Positions 29,491-38,678 of a stretch of DNA of 64,000 nt are shown here, in pieces. The stretch spans positions 1,797 to 65,796 of the forward strand of contig CAJUGU010000002.1 of assembly GCA_910586105.1 (NCBI GenBank), read 5' to 3'. Position numbers and translations under genes: made by a program. This DNA is from an uncultured Eubacteriales bacterium (GTDB lineage Bacteria; Bacillota; Clostridia; Oscillospirales; Butyricicoccaceae). The notes beneath the pieces are model-generated. The model ran no database searches, was not told the DNA's origin, and saw only the letters and a list, made by a program, of their open reading frames with translations. Each line of letters begins with the position of its first letter. The stretch's first letter is position 1.

Positions 29491-30279
29491 TTAACCCGCC
29501 AGATATTCCTCCAGGCAAAGCCCGCCGTCCATGATTTCCCGCGCCGCTTCCGTCCCTACATAGCGATAATGCCAGGGTTCGTAGCTGACCCCCGTGACCG
29601 CTTCCTTGTCTGCGGGATACCGCAGGATGAATCCATAGTCGGCGCAATTCGCCAACAGCCATTGCTGTACTGCCGTTTCTTCCTGTTTTCGATCCAGCAG
29701 CTGGTAAGACCGGTCGACGATATCCAGCGCCATCCCCGTTTGATGCTCGCTCGTCCCGGGACGATTCACCCAGGCGGCTGCCTGCTCTTCCGCCTCCTGC
29801 CGATCCGCCGCGCCGGGCAAGTATTCCTGCACCTTCCGCTCGAACAGCTCCGTCTGCTTTTCCCGGCTCCGGTAGGCCGAGCAGATCAGGGGGTCCAGCC
29901 CCTGCGCCCTGCAGTCGTCCAGCATCTGCCGCAGGCTGGGATAAATGCGGCTGTCAACCGAAAAGCCGTTCCCCACTTCGGTCAGCTCCGGAACCCCGAA
30001 CCCCTCGGGCAGCGGGTTCTCCCCGTTGGCCAGCAGCAGCTCCCAGCCGCCGCTCCCCTGCCCCGCCTGCCGGATCGAGACGTCGACGCCCGGCGTTGTG
30101 CCCGCCTGTTTTACGGCGCTTCCATGATAGACCGACGCGCTGCACCAGCCTACGGTCAGACCGGCGGCGAACAAAAGCAGCTCCAGCCCGAGCAGCAGGC
30201 ACAGGAAGGAAACACGGCGGCGGATCGTGCGGCGGCGTACCCTGCCGTGGCGCGCCGTCGGAAAAACTGCGGTTTTCAT
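29491..30279 (-). CDS. M15B zinc D,D-/L,D-carboxypeptidase (VanY/LdcB-like), membrane anchored
   Basis: SAYRS, SEHQTGMALD, EPWHYRYVG; N-terminal TM. Confidence 0.9.
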   Translation of the reverse strand: MKTAVFPTARHGRVRRRTIRRRVSFLCLLLGLELLLFAAGLTVGWCSASVYHGSAVKQAGTTPGVDVSIRQAGQGSGGWELLLANGENPLPEGFGVPELTEVGNGFSVDSRIYPSLRQMLDDCRAQGLDPLICSAYRSREKQTELFERKVQEYLPGAADRQEAEEQAAAWVNRPGTSEHQTGMALDIVDRSYQLLDRKQEETAVQQWLLANCADYGFILRYPADKEAVTGVSYEPWHYRYVGTEAAREIMDGGLCLEEYLAG

Positions 30280-30365
30280 TGGGATACATCTCCTTTTTCT
30301 GGTTGATACCCCAAGAGTAACACGGCCTCCCGTCAAAATTTTTGCATTTTTGCATCAAAGTTGCG

Positions 30366-31217
30366 TCATTCGCCCGCTCCGTCTCTGCCGATGCTGACGG
30401 AGACCGTCTGATCCGTAACCGTATGGTCGGCGATCCCCTGCGTCCCGATCTGTAAAAGCTCCGAGATCCATCCGGTATCCAGCTCAATCGAACAGGTCGT
30501 AGGATAGCGGGTGCTGATGAAGCGGGCGGATGTCCCGGCGACCGAATAGCACAGGTTCAGCCCGGGAAGGGCATCGAAGCCGTCGGGGACGACCTCCTGC
30601 ACCGCAAGCCCCAGCAGCGCAAAATACCGCTCGGTAAACTTCCGCAGCCCGTCGCTCCCGTAAGGCATCCATTTCGACAGGTTCGTATCGTGGATCTGCA
30701 AGCGGACCGGCAGGCCGGTTTCGGCGTCCAACGCCAGTTGGATGTGTTTTTGATGCGCTTTGTCAAAATACGACCATTCCACGTCCCAGTACGCCGACGG
30801 CCCCTGCGCCGCGTTTTCCGCGCCCGGATCCCAGAGCAGCAGCCGGGTAACGGTAACATTGTCAAACGGTTCCTCCTGAAAGACCCATTCCGGGACAAGC
30901 TCCCCGCCCACCAGCAGCTCCTGCGCCTGCTGCGCGGAATACCCGGCGTCTTTGGAGCCGTCGGCATCCTCAAAAGAGCGGTCCCGGAAGGACAGCACGG
31001 GGTCGTCGGACGAATACTGCTCCGCATACAATTCCAGCCGTTCCAGAAAGGTCGACGGCGCAGAGGGGGACGGCGACCCAGCGTCAAGCGTCTCGATCGA
31101 AACCTGCCCGAACCGTCCTGCGTCGCCGATCCGGGATACCTGCGCGGGCAGCACCGCCGCGCCGGCGGCGGTCAAGCAGGTCAGCGCCGGGAGCAGCCAT
31201 TTGGGGATCCGTTTCAT
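30366..31217 (-). CDS. Hypothetical exported protein, probable two-component accessory protein
   Basis: ATGA overlap with kinase stop; N-terminal hydrophobic segment. Confidence 0.7.
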   Translation of the reverse strand: MKRIPKWLLPALTCLTAAGAAVLPAQVSRIGDAGRFGQVSIETLDAGSPSPSAPSTFLERLELYAEQYSSDDPVLSFRDRSFEDADGSKDAGYSAQQAQELLVGGELVPEWVFQEEPFDNVTVTRLLLWDPGAENAAQGPSAYWDVEWSYFDKAHQKHIQLALDAETGLPVRLQIHDTNLSKWMPYGSDGLRKFTERYFALLGLAVQEVVPDGFDALPGLNLCYSVAGTSARFISTRYPTTCSIELDTGWISELLQIGTQGIADHTVTDQTVSVSIGRDGAGE

Positions 31218-32626
31218 GCCGCGCCGCCCCCTTTCAGCCGGACCGTCACGGCGGAACCCTGCCCCGGGACGCTTTCCAACTCCATCTCGCCGCCGTGCAG
31301 CGCTGCGATCCGCTGGCACAGCGCCAGTCCCAGACCGGCCCCGCCCTGCGCGCGGGCGCGGGATTTATCCACCATGTAGAACGGCTCGGTCACCCTTGCC
31401 AGCTCGTCCGCCGGGATGCCCTTTCCGGTGTCCGTTACCCGGATGCCGGCCCAGCCGTCCGGCTCCGCCCGTCCGGAGATTGTGATACGTCCGCCCGGCG
31501 GCGTGGCCTTCCGCGCGTTGTCCAGCAGGTTCAGGCACACGGTCTCCATCAGCACCGGTTCCAAAAGGGCCGTCGCGGCTTCCGCGTCGATCTCCAATCG
31601 GATCCCCGCCTGCTCCATGACCGGGCGCAAAGGCTCCGCCACCCGTTTCAGGAAAACATCCAGCGGCACGCGCTGCATCCGGAAGTCCTGCCGTTCCAGC
31701 ACGATCAGATCCATCAGCTTGCGGGACAGCGCTTCCAGCCGCCGCCCTTCGCGGAAGATGTATCCGGCGCTCTCCCGTACCTGCTCCGGCGAGCTGGGGC
31801 GGGAAAGCAGCAGGTCGGCATACCCAATGATCGAGGTGAGCGGCGTTTTGATCTCGTGCGCAAAGCTGGCGGTAAAATCCCGTTCCCGCCTTGCGGCGTC
31901 GGTCAGCTGGGCGACCTGCTCCTCAAGCCGCGCGGCCATTGCGTTGAAGTCCGCCGACAGCCGCCCCAGCTCGTCCTCCCCGGCGGCAGGCACCCGCTGC
32001 GTCAGCTCGCCCGCCGCCATGCCCCGCGCCGCGCGGGATAAATGATGCAGGGGCCGCAGGATTACATGGGATACCAGCAGCGACAGCGCCGCTACACCCG
32101 CGGCCAGCGCCAGCATGACGAGCGAAAAGCTCCGGTACTGCGCCTGACGCTGGTCAAACAGCGCGGTCACATCCCGGCAGTTTTCAAGGTATACCGTTTC
32201 CCCCAGCAGCGGCAGGGCGCTTGCCCCATGCAAAAGGGCGCGCCCGCCTGCGGCCTGTTCCAGCCGCCAGCCCCGCTGGTTTTCCGTCAGCCGGGAGGTC
32301 AAGGGCGCGGCGGCAGGCTCCATAAAACCGCTGCCGCCAAGCGCCGCCCCTTCCGGATCGGTCAGACGGAAGGCGACCGTCCGCCCGCCGGTCGTCAGGA
32401 CGATCTCGCCCGCCAGCCGGGATAATTCTTCCGGCTGGCAGACCGTCCGGCGGTCGAGCTCCCGCGACAGGGCGAAACGCAGCATGTCGTTTTCCTCGTA
32501 AAGCGACTGGATCTCCTGCCCAAGGGCGGCGCGGAACTGGCCGTCGATCAGCAGGAAGCCGCCGATGGAACAGGTCAGGCTGGTGATCGAGACCATGGAG
32601 CAGAACAGCTTCCAAAACAGCTTCAT
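31214..32626 (-). CDS. HAMP-domain sensor histidine kinase
   Basis: Two TMs, HAMP, HEIKTPL H-box, NLLDNA, DTGKG, GAGLGL. Confidence 0.95.
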   Translation of the reverse strand: MKLFWKLFCSMVSITSLTCSIGGFLLIDGQFRAALGQEIQSLYEENDMLRFALSRELDRRTVCQPEELSRLAGEIVLTTGGRTVAFRLTDPEGAALGGSGFMEPAAAPLTSRLTENQRGWRLEQAAGGRALLHGASALPLLGETVYLENCRDVTALFDQRQAQYRSFSLVMLALAAGVAALSLLVSHVILRPLHHLSRAARGMAAGELTQRVPAAGEDELGRLSADFNAMAARLEEQVAQLTDAARRERDFTASFAHEIKTPLTSIIGYADLLLSRPSSPEQVRESAGYIFREGRRLEALSRKLMDLIVLERQDFRMQRVPLDVFLKRVAEPLRPVMEQAGIRLEIDAEAATALLEPVLMETVCLNLLDNARKATPPGGRITISGRAEPDGWAGIRVTDTGKGIPADELARVTEPFYMVDKSRARAQGGAGLGLALCQRIAALHGGEMELESVPGQGSAVTVRLKGGGAA

Positions 32627-32627
32627 G

Positions 32628-33284
32628 TTAAACCTCCAACCGGTATCCGACCTTGTATACCGCGACCAGCCGCTTTTCCAGCCCCAGCTTTTTCCGTACC
32701 CGCTGGATGTGCAGGTCGACCGTGCGACTGTCCCCCAGGTATTCCGCGCCCCAGACTCTTTCATAAATGCGGTCGCGATAAAGGGCGATGTTCCGGTTTT
32801 GCAGGAGCAGGAGCAGCAGCTCGTATTCCTTCGCGGTGAGCGTGACCGGGACGCCGTCTTTCGTGACGACCCGCGCGGCGGTGTCGATCTCGATATCCGG
32901 CGGGAGCGACAGTACCCGGCCCGTTTTGCCGCACCGGCGCAGCACGGTCTCAACCCGCGCCAACAGCTCCATCAGCTCAAAGGGCTTGGCGATGTAATCC
33001 TCCGCGCCCATCCGCAGGCCCCTGACCCGGTCTTCGACCGTCCCTTTCGCGGTCAGGAAAATAACCGGGACTTCGAGCGAACGGCAGTATTCCAGCACTT
33101 CGTAGCCGTCCGCCCCGGGCAGCATGATATCCAGCAGCGCCAGGTCGAATGGTTCCCGTTCCAGCAGGTCTGCGGCGGTCAGGCCGTCTGCCGCCCAGTC
33201 GCAGCGGTAGTCCGGGCCTTCTAATGCGGTGCGGATCAGGTTGGCGATGGGTTCCTCGTCTTCGACGATCAGGATCCGGTTCAT
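32628..33284 (-). CDS. OmpR family response regulator
   Basis: IVEDE, LLDIMLP, KPF, RTVDLHIQRVRKKL...VGYRL. Confidence 0.95.
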   Translation of the reverse strand: MNRILIVEDEEPIANLIRTALEGPDYRCDWAADGLTAADLLEREPFDLALLDIMLPGADGYEVLEYCRSLEVPVIFLTAKGTVEDRVRGLRMGAEDYIAKPFELMELLARVETVLRRCGKTGRVLSLPPDIEIDTAARVVTKDGVPVTLTAKEYELLLLLLQNRNIALYRDRIYERVWGAEYLGDSRTVDLHIQRVRKKLGLEKRLVAVYKVGYRLEV

Positions 33285-33535
33285 TGTATATCCCTCCGTT
33301 TATGCACAGCCGGTTTTGCCTGCCGCATGGGAACCAGGCGCGCCGTTGGCCCGCTGTGCGCTATCTTTTTTCCAACAGCTTCATTATACACCTGCTGCCA
33401 TCATTTTTGCATCACGTTTCCGTGGCCGCGCCGTTTCCAGCCGGAAGGGAGCGGCTGCTTTTCGCATGCCGCCGCGCAGCTTTTTGCCCGCCTCGGCAGC
33501 GCACAGCCCGGGGCCCGCCCCCCCTCCTGCGGACA

Positions 33536-33579
33536 AAAGGAAACAGGGCCGTCCCCCTTTGGACGGCCCTGTTTCCTTT
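33536..33579. terminator. Terminator downstream of small Cys-rich gene
   Basis: AAAGGAAACAGGGCCGTCC...GGACGGCCCTGTTTCCTTT, 19-bp stem. Confidence 0.8.
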
Positions 33580-33605
33580 GCAATCCCCTTCAGGCCGCAG
33601 ACGGC

Positions 33606-33794
33606 TCACTCGATGCCTTCGTCTTCGCCTTCGTGGCGGTTATTGTAGGCATACTTGGGGCAGCTGGCCTTAGCCTCTTCCTCGGTCGCATACTTGCAGG
33701 CGCAAACGCGGCCTTCGGTTTCCGAATCCGCTACGCACAGCTTATCCGCGCCGTTCGCGCTACGGCGCCGGAACAGGCACCAAAGTTTCTTCAT
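33606..33794 (-). CDS. Small cysteine-containing hypothetical protein, 62 aa
   Basis: MKKLWCLFRRR...KLCVAD...RVCACKYATEEEAKASCPKY...; AGAAGGA RBS; consensus promoter; own terminator. Confidence 0.7.
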   Translation of the reverse strand: MKKLWCLFRRRSANGADKLCVADSETEGRVCACKYATEEEAKASCPKYAYNNRHEGEDEGIE

Positions 33795-33834
33795 TATGTA
33801 AGTCCTTCTTTCTTTAAAAAATGGCTCTTTGCAT

Positions 33835-33863
33835 ATTATAATGCAACCAGCGGTCAATGTCAA
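33835..33863 (-). promoter_or_regulatory. Perfect consensus sigma-A promoter
   Basis: Minus strand TTGACA-17 nt-TATAAT. Confidence 0.8.
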
Positions 33864-33977
33864 TCCCGTGCAGGATTTCTCACAAAATTGCAAAAACCAC
33901 CAAAAATTTCTTGCGTTTTTCCGTGCAATCCGTATAATAAAGAAAAGGCCCGATTTCTCGAAAGGAGACGTTTTTCC

Positions 33978-34781
33978 ATGTCAGATCCACTTGTCAGCAT
34001 CATCATCCCGGTCTATAACGCGGCGCCCTACCTCGCGGAGTGTTTGGAGTCCGTCCGCCGCCAGCAGTATGCCAGCCTTGAGATCCTGCTGGTCAACGAC
34101 GGCAGCAGCGATTCCAGCCTGCATATCTGCGAGATGTACGCCCGGATCGACCCGCGGATCCGGGTGATCGATAAGCCGAACGGCGGCGTTTCTTCCAGCC
34201 GCAACCTCGCGATCGATCAGGCGCGCGGCGAATACCTGCAATTCGCCGACAGCGACGACTGGCTCGACCGCAACGCGACCCGCCTGCTGGTCGAACGCGC
34301 GCAGGAAACCAACGCCGACCTCGTGATCTCCCACTTCTGCCGTGTCTCCGGGGATACGGTCACCGTTTCCGGCTTCCTCACCGGATACGGCGTGATGGAT
34401 CAGCGCGGCTTCGCGCGGCGGCTGATGGAGGAGCCCGCCAGCTTCTACTACGGCGTGATGTGGAACAAGCTCTACCGGAAATCGATCATTGAAGAGCATG
34501 GGCTGCGATGCAGCGAAGAAATGCAGTGGAGTGAGGATTTCCTTTTCAATCTGGAATATATCCGTTATGCGGAACGGTTCGCGGCGTTGGAAACGCCGAT
34601 CTATTACTATCGGAAAAATGAAAAAAGCATCACGAACAGCGCGCTGACCGTTTCCAATACCGTGCAAACAAAGCTGGAGCTGTTCGACTATTACAAAGCG
34701 CTTTATACCGATCTCGGGCTTTATGAACAGTATAAGCCGCGGATCTATAAATATTTGATCGCCACCGCAAAGGATGGCTGA
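33978..34781 (+). CDS. Glycosyltransferase family 2
   Basis: VSIIIPVYN, VNDGSSD, FADSDD, WNKLY, EDFLFN. Confidence 0.92.
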   Translation: MSDPLVSIIIPVYNAAPYLAECLESVRRQQYASLEILLVNDGSSDSSLHICEMYARIDPRIRVIDKPNGGVSSSRNLAIDQARGEYLQFADSDDWLDRNATRLLVERAQETNADLVISHFCRVSGDTVTVSGFLTGYGVMDQRGFARRLMEEPASFYYGVMWNKLYRKSIIEEHGLRCSEEMQWSEDFLFNLEYIRYAERFAALETPIYYYRKNEKSITNSALTVSNTVQTKLELFDYYKALYTDLGLYEQYKPRIYKYLIATAKDG

Positions 34782-34795
34782 GCCGCGGGCCCCAG

Positions 34796-34838
34796 GATCT
34801 GCCGCAAATGCAGGGATGCATCTGCGGCAGATCTTTTG
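34796..34838 (+). terminator. Rho-independent terminator
   Basis: GATCTGCCGCAAATGCA-GGGA-TGCATCTGCGGCAGATC-TTTT. Confidence 0.65.
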
Positions 34839-34945
34839 CGTTGGCCAGCCGTTCAGACGGCTGCTGCAAACACGGGGCCCCGTTGCGGGGGCAGATCGCG
34901 CCTGCGGTCTGAAGCACGCGGCCCCGCTTCCGATCTGTACCCCGT

Positions 34946-37099
34946 TTAAGTACGCGCTTTCAGGACCATAACGCTCCGCTCTCGGACGGTAATGCGGTCC
35001 CCCTTCACAAGCTGCGTCTTCTGCTCGCTGTGCCAGGTATCGACCCAGATCTCCCAGCGGAACGGCGCGGGCAGTTCAGGCAGCTCGACCTTGAGGTCTT
35101 CCCAATAGGCGTTGGAGGCGATGTAAATCACCGCCGGCTTTTCCAGGCTCGCCTTGCCCGCAAACATGACGCCGATGTAATGGTCGTAGCTCTCGAACTG
35201 GTCGCGCCATGGGGTCACGCCATGGAAGCTAAAGTCCGGGAACCCGCACGCCCCGTCGCTCATATTCGTCCGCATGATCCGGTTTTCCTTGCGGAACCGG
35301 ATCATGTATTTGAAAAATTCAAACATTCCGCGCTTCTTTTCCAGCCGCGTCCAATCCAGCCACGATATGGCGTTATCCTGGCAATAGGCGTTGTTGTTCC
35401 CGAACTGCGTGTTGCAGAATTCATCTCCCGCAAGGAACATCGGGATCCCGCGGCTGCACATCAGCAGCGCGAAGGAATTGCGCATCATCCGCTCGCGCAG
35501 CGCCTGGATCTCCGGGTCGTCGGTCTCCCCTTCTACGCCGCAGTTCCAGCTGTTGTTGTCGTTCGCGCCGTCGGTGTTGTCCCAGCCGTTGCCCTCGTTG
35601 TGCTTCTGGTTGTAGGAAAACAGGTCGTACATCGTGAACCCGTCGTGGCAGGTGATGAAATTCACCGAGGCGTTCGTCCGGCTGCTCACCGCATAAATGT
35701 CCTGCGAACCCACGATCCGCTGCGCCGCCGCCTGCGCCAGCCCTTCGTCGCCCTTGATGTAGCGGCGCATGTCGTCGCGGTAACGCCCGTTCCATTCCGC
35801 CCAGCGGTTCCACGACGGGAACGATCCGACCTGATAGAGGCCGTCCGCGTCCCAGGCCTCGGCGATCAGCTTGATGTCGCCAAGGATCGGGTCGAACGCC
35901 AGCGCTTGCAGCAGCGGCGGTTCCCGCATCGGCGAACCGTCTTCGTTCCGCCCCAGGATCGACGCCAGGTCGAACCGGAACCCGTTCACATGGTAGGTCG
36001 TCACCCAATAGCGCAGGCAATCCAGGATCATTTGCCGCACGATGGGGTGATTGCAGTTGAGCGCGTTGCCGCAGCCGCTGAAATTATAGTATTTCCCGTC
36101 CGGGGTGAGGAGGTAATAAATGTTGTTGTCGAAGCCCTTGAAGGAGAAGAACGGCCCCATTTCATTGCCTTCGGCGGTGTGGTTGAATACCACGTCAAGG
36201 AAGACCTCGATCCCGTTGTCGTTGAACAGCCGGATCAGCTGTTTGAGCTCGTTGCCTTCCCGGTTGTACTCGGTGCTGGCGGCGTAGCTGGTATTCGGGG
36301 CGAAAAAGCTGACAGTGTTATACCCCCAGTAATTGTACAGCTTGTGCCCGTCCACGATGCGGAAGTCCTGCATCTCGTCAAATTCAAAAATGGGCATCAG
36401 CTCGACGACGTTGACGCCGAGTTCCAGCAGGTAGGGCAGCTTTTCAATCAGCCCGGCAAAGGTACCGGGGTACAGCGCCCCCGAGCTCCTGTCGTTCGTG
36501 AAGCCGCGCACGTGCAGCTCATAAATGACCAGGTCTTCCACCGGGATCAGCGGGCGGCGGGAGTTCCCCCAGTCGAAATCGTCCTTGACGACGCGCGCCT
36601 TGTAGTTCTTGCCGCCCGGCGGGGTGGATCCCCACCGGCTCTGCCCGGTGACCGCCCGGGCGTAGGGGTCGAGCAGGTACTTGGTCTTGTCGAAGACCAG
36701 GCCCTTATCCGGCTCATACGGGCCGTCTACCCGGAAGGCATACTCAAATTCTTCGATGTTCAGCTTGAATACGATCATGGAATAGACATTCCCGATCCGG
36801 TAATGCTTCGGGAACGGCAGGACGGCGAACGGCTCCGATTCCTCCCGGTGGAACAGCAGCAGCTCGATCGAGGTCGCGCTGTGGGAATTGACGGTAAAGT
36901 TGACGCCGCCGGGGATCGCCGTCGCCCCGTTGATCTCATAAAAACCGGGCCGAACGTCAAATCCCGCGATGTGGTCGATCGGTACCAGGTGGATCGTGCG
37001 GGGCAGGACAACCTGCGAAGGGCCGAACATGGCGGTTTCGACCGCGCCCTGCGCCGCGTCGGCGGGCGCCGGGGAAACGGCGGATGTTTCTTTGCGCAT
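34946..37099 (-). CDS. glgX: Glycogen debranching enzyme / isoamylase (GH13)
   Basis: NYWGY, DVVFNHTAEG, GFRFDLAS, AEAWD, TCHDGFT; start position approximate. Confidence 0.93.
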   Translation of the reverse strand: MRKETSAVSPAPADAAQGAVETAMFGPSQVVLPRTIHLVPIDHIAGFDVRPGFYEINGATAIPGGVNFTVNSHSATSIELLLFHREESEPFAVLPFPKHYRIGNVYSMIVFKLNIEEFEYAFRVDGPYEPDKGLVFDKTKYLLDPYARAVTGQSRWGSTPPGGKNYKARVVKDDFDWGNSRRPLIPVEDLVIYELHVRGFTNDRSSGALYPGTFAGLIEKLPYLLELGVNVVELMPIFEFDEMQDFRIVDGHKLYNYWGYNTVSFFAPNTSYAASTEYNREGNELKQLIRLFNDNGIEVFLDVVFNHTAEGNEMGPFFSFKGFDNNIYYLLTPDGKYYNFSGCGNALNCNHPIVRQMILDCLRYWVTTYHVNGFRFDLASILGRNEDGSPMREPPLLQALAFDPILGDIKLIAEAWDADGLYQVGSFPSWNRWAEWNGRYRDDMRRYIKGDEGLAQAAAQRIVGSQDIYAVSSRTNASVNFITCHDGFTMYDLFSYNQKHNEGNGWDNTDGANDNNSWNCGVEGETDDPEIQALRERMMRNSFALLMCSRGIPMFLAGDEFCNTQFGNNNAYCQDNAISWLDWTRLEKKRGMFEFFKYMIRFRKENRIMRTNMSDGACGFPDFSFHGVTPWRDQFESYDHYIGVMFAGKASLEKPAVIYIASNAYWEDLKVELPELPAPFRWEIWVDTWHSEQKTQLVKGDRITVRERSVMVLKART

Positions 37100-37412
37100 A
37101 AGGGAACGCCTCCTTTTCAGTGGATCATCTTTTTTTAGTATACACCTTCCCGGAAGGCTTGTCACTCCTTTTTTGAGCGCGGCAGAGGACGCGCGCCCCG
37201 GCGTATTGACGCGCAATCCGCGGCGTTTCCGGTCCAGCGCGCCGTTTTCGCGGGCGAAGCGGGCTGTCGGGCCGAAATCCCGGATCCGCCTAAGAGACGG
37301 TTGCGCAGGCTGGAAAACAATGATATAATTAGGGATAGCCGGAACGGCTGCGGTCCGAGCGGCCCCCTGCTGCCCGGACGCGGCGGCGATCCCATTGGAA
37401 AGGTATGACGAC

Positions 37413-38645
37413 ATGAAAAGGAAACTTACTTTTTTGCTGACGGCTCTGTGTATGCTGGCGGGGCTGACCGCCTGCGGCGGGCAGGCGCCTTCCACCGAGC
37501 CGTCGCCGGAACGGGAGACGGTCGAACTGACCGTCTGGGGCGCGGAGGAGGACGCCGAGCTGCTGAAGCAGCTGATCGCTTCCTTCCAATCCCATTATGC
37601 GGGCGAAGCCGACCTGCGGATCGTCTTCCAGCCGCAAAGCGAATCCAGCTGCAAGGACGCCCTGCTGGGCGATCTGGAAGCGGGCGCGGACGTGTTCACA
37701 TTCGCCGACGATCAGGTCGCCGCCCTCGCCGCCGCCGGGGCGCTCGACCCCATCGCGGACGCCGACGCGATCCGCAGCGCGGCCCTTTCGACGGCGGTTG
37801 AGGCCGCGAGCGTGGACGGGACGCTCTACGCTTACCCGCTGACGGCGGACAACGGCTATTTCCTTTATTATAACAAGGCGTATCTATCCGAGGAGGACGT
37901 GCAGACCCTTGACCGCATCCTTGCGGTCGCAGCCGAAAACGGGCGGTCGTTCGCGATGGATTGGAGTTCCGCGTGGTATGTTTACGCCTTTTTCGGCAAC
38001 ACCGGCATGGAGGTCCGGCTCAATGACGACGGCCTGACGAATGAATGCACCTGGAACAGCACGGACGGGCCGATCGCCGGCGTGGACGTGGCGCAGGCCA
38101 TGATGGCGATCGCGGCCAGCCCGGGCTTTTCCAGCCGGACGGATGAAGGATTCCTCGCGGGCGTCCGGGACGGTTCGGTGATCGCGGGCGTCAGCGGCGT
38201 CTGGAACGCCGTCGCCGTGCAGGAGGCCTGGGGCGATACGATCGGGGCCGCGAAGCTGCCCACCTTTACCTGCGCCGGGCAGCAAGTGCAGATGGCGTCC
38301 TTTTCCGGCTGCAAGCTGATCGGCGTGAACGCTTACTCGGCGCACCCGGAATGGGCCGCGCGGCTGGCGGAATGGATCGCCAGTGAGGACAACCAGCGGC
38401 TGCGTTTCCAGCTGCGGGGGCAGGGCCCGGCAAACAGCGCCGCCGCTTCCTCCCCGGAGGTACAGCAGTCGCCTGCGATTGCTGCGTTGCTGGCGCAGTC
38501 GGAATTTTCGCAGATCCAGCGGGTGGGCGGCAATTTCTGGGCGCCGGTCGAGACCTTTGCCGCCAGTATGGCGCAGGGGAACCCCTCCGGGGCCGCGCTT
38601 CAGGCCCAGCTTGACCGTATGGTCGAGAATGTGACGGCGCGGTGA
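37413..38645 (+). CDS. Extracellular solute-binding lipoprotein (sugar/maltodextrin-binding family)
   Basis: Lipobox LTAC; ADVFTFADDQ, LYAYP, LYYNK, AAKLPT. Confidence 0.88.
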   Translation: MKRKLTFLLTALCMLAGLTACGGQAPSTEPSPERETVELTVWGAEEDAELLKQLIASFQSHYAGEADLRIVFQPQSESSCKDALLGDLEAGADVFTFADDQVAALAAAGALDPIADADAIRSAALSTAVEAASVDGTLYAYPLTADNGYFLYYNKAYLSEEDVQTLDRILAVAAENGRSFAMDWSSAWYVYAFFGNTGMEVRLNDDGLTNECTWNSTDGPIAGVDVAQAMMAIAASPGFSSRTDEGFLAGVRDGSVIAGVSGVWNAVAVQEAWGDTIGAAKLPTFTCAGQQVQMASFSGCKLIGVNAYSAHPEWAARLAEWIASEDNQRLRFQLRGQGPANSAAASSPEVQQSPAIAALLAQSEFSQIQRVGGNFWAPVETFAASMAQGNPSGAALQAQLDRMVENVTAR

Positions 38646-38678
38646 CAACGGGGATACATACAGATGGAGGCACGTAGT

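Noticed and set aside
29491..33284. Vancomycin resistance cluster
   Set aside because: No vanH, D-Ala-D-Lac/Ser ligase or vanX; M15B peptidases are widespread
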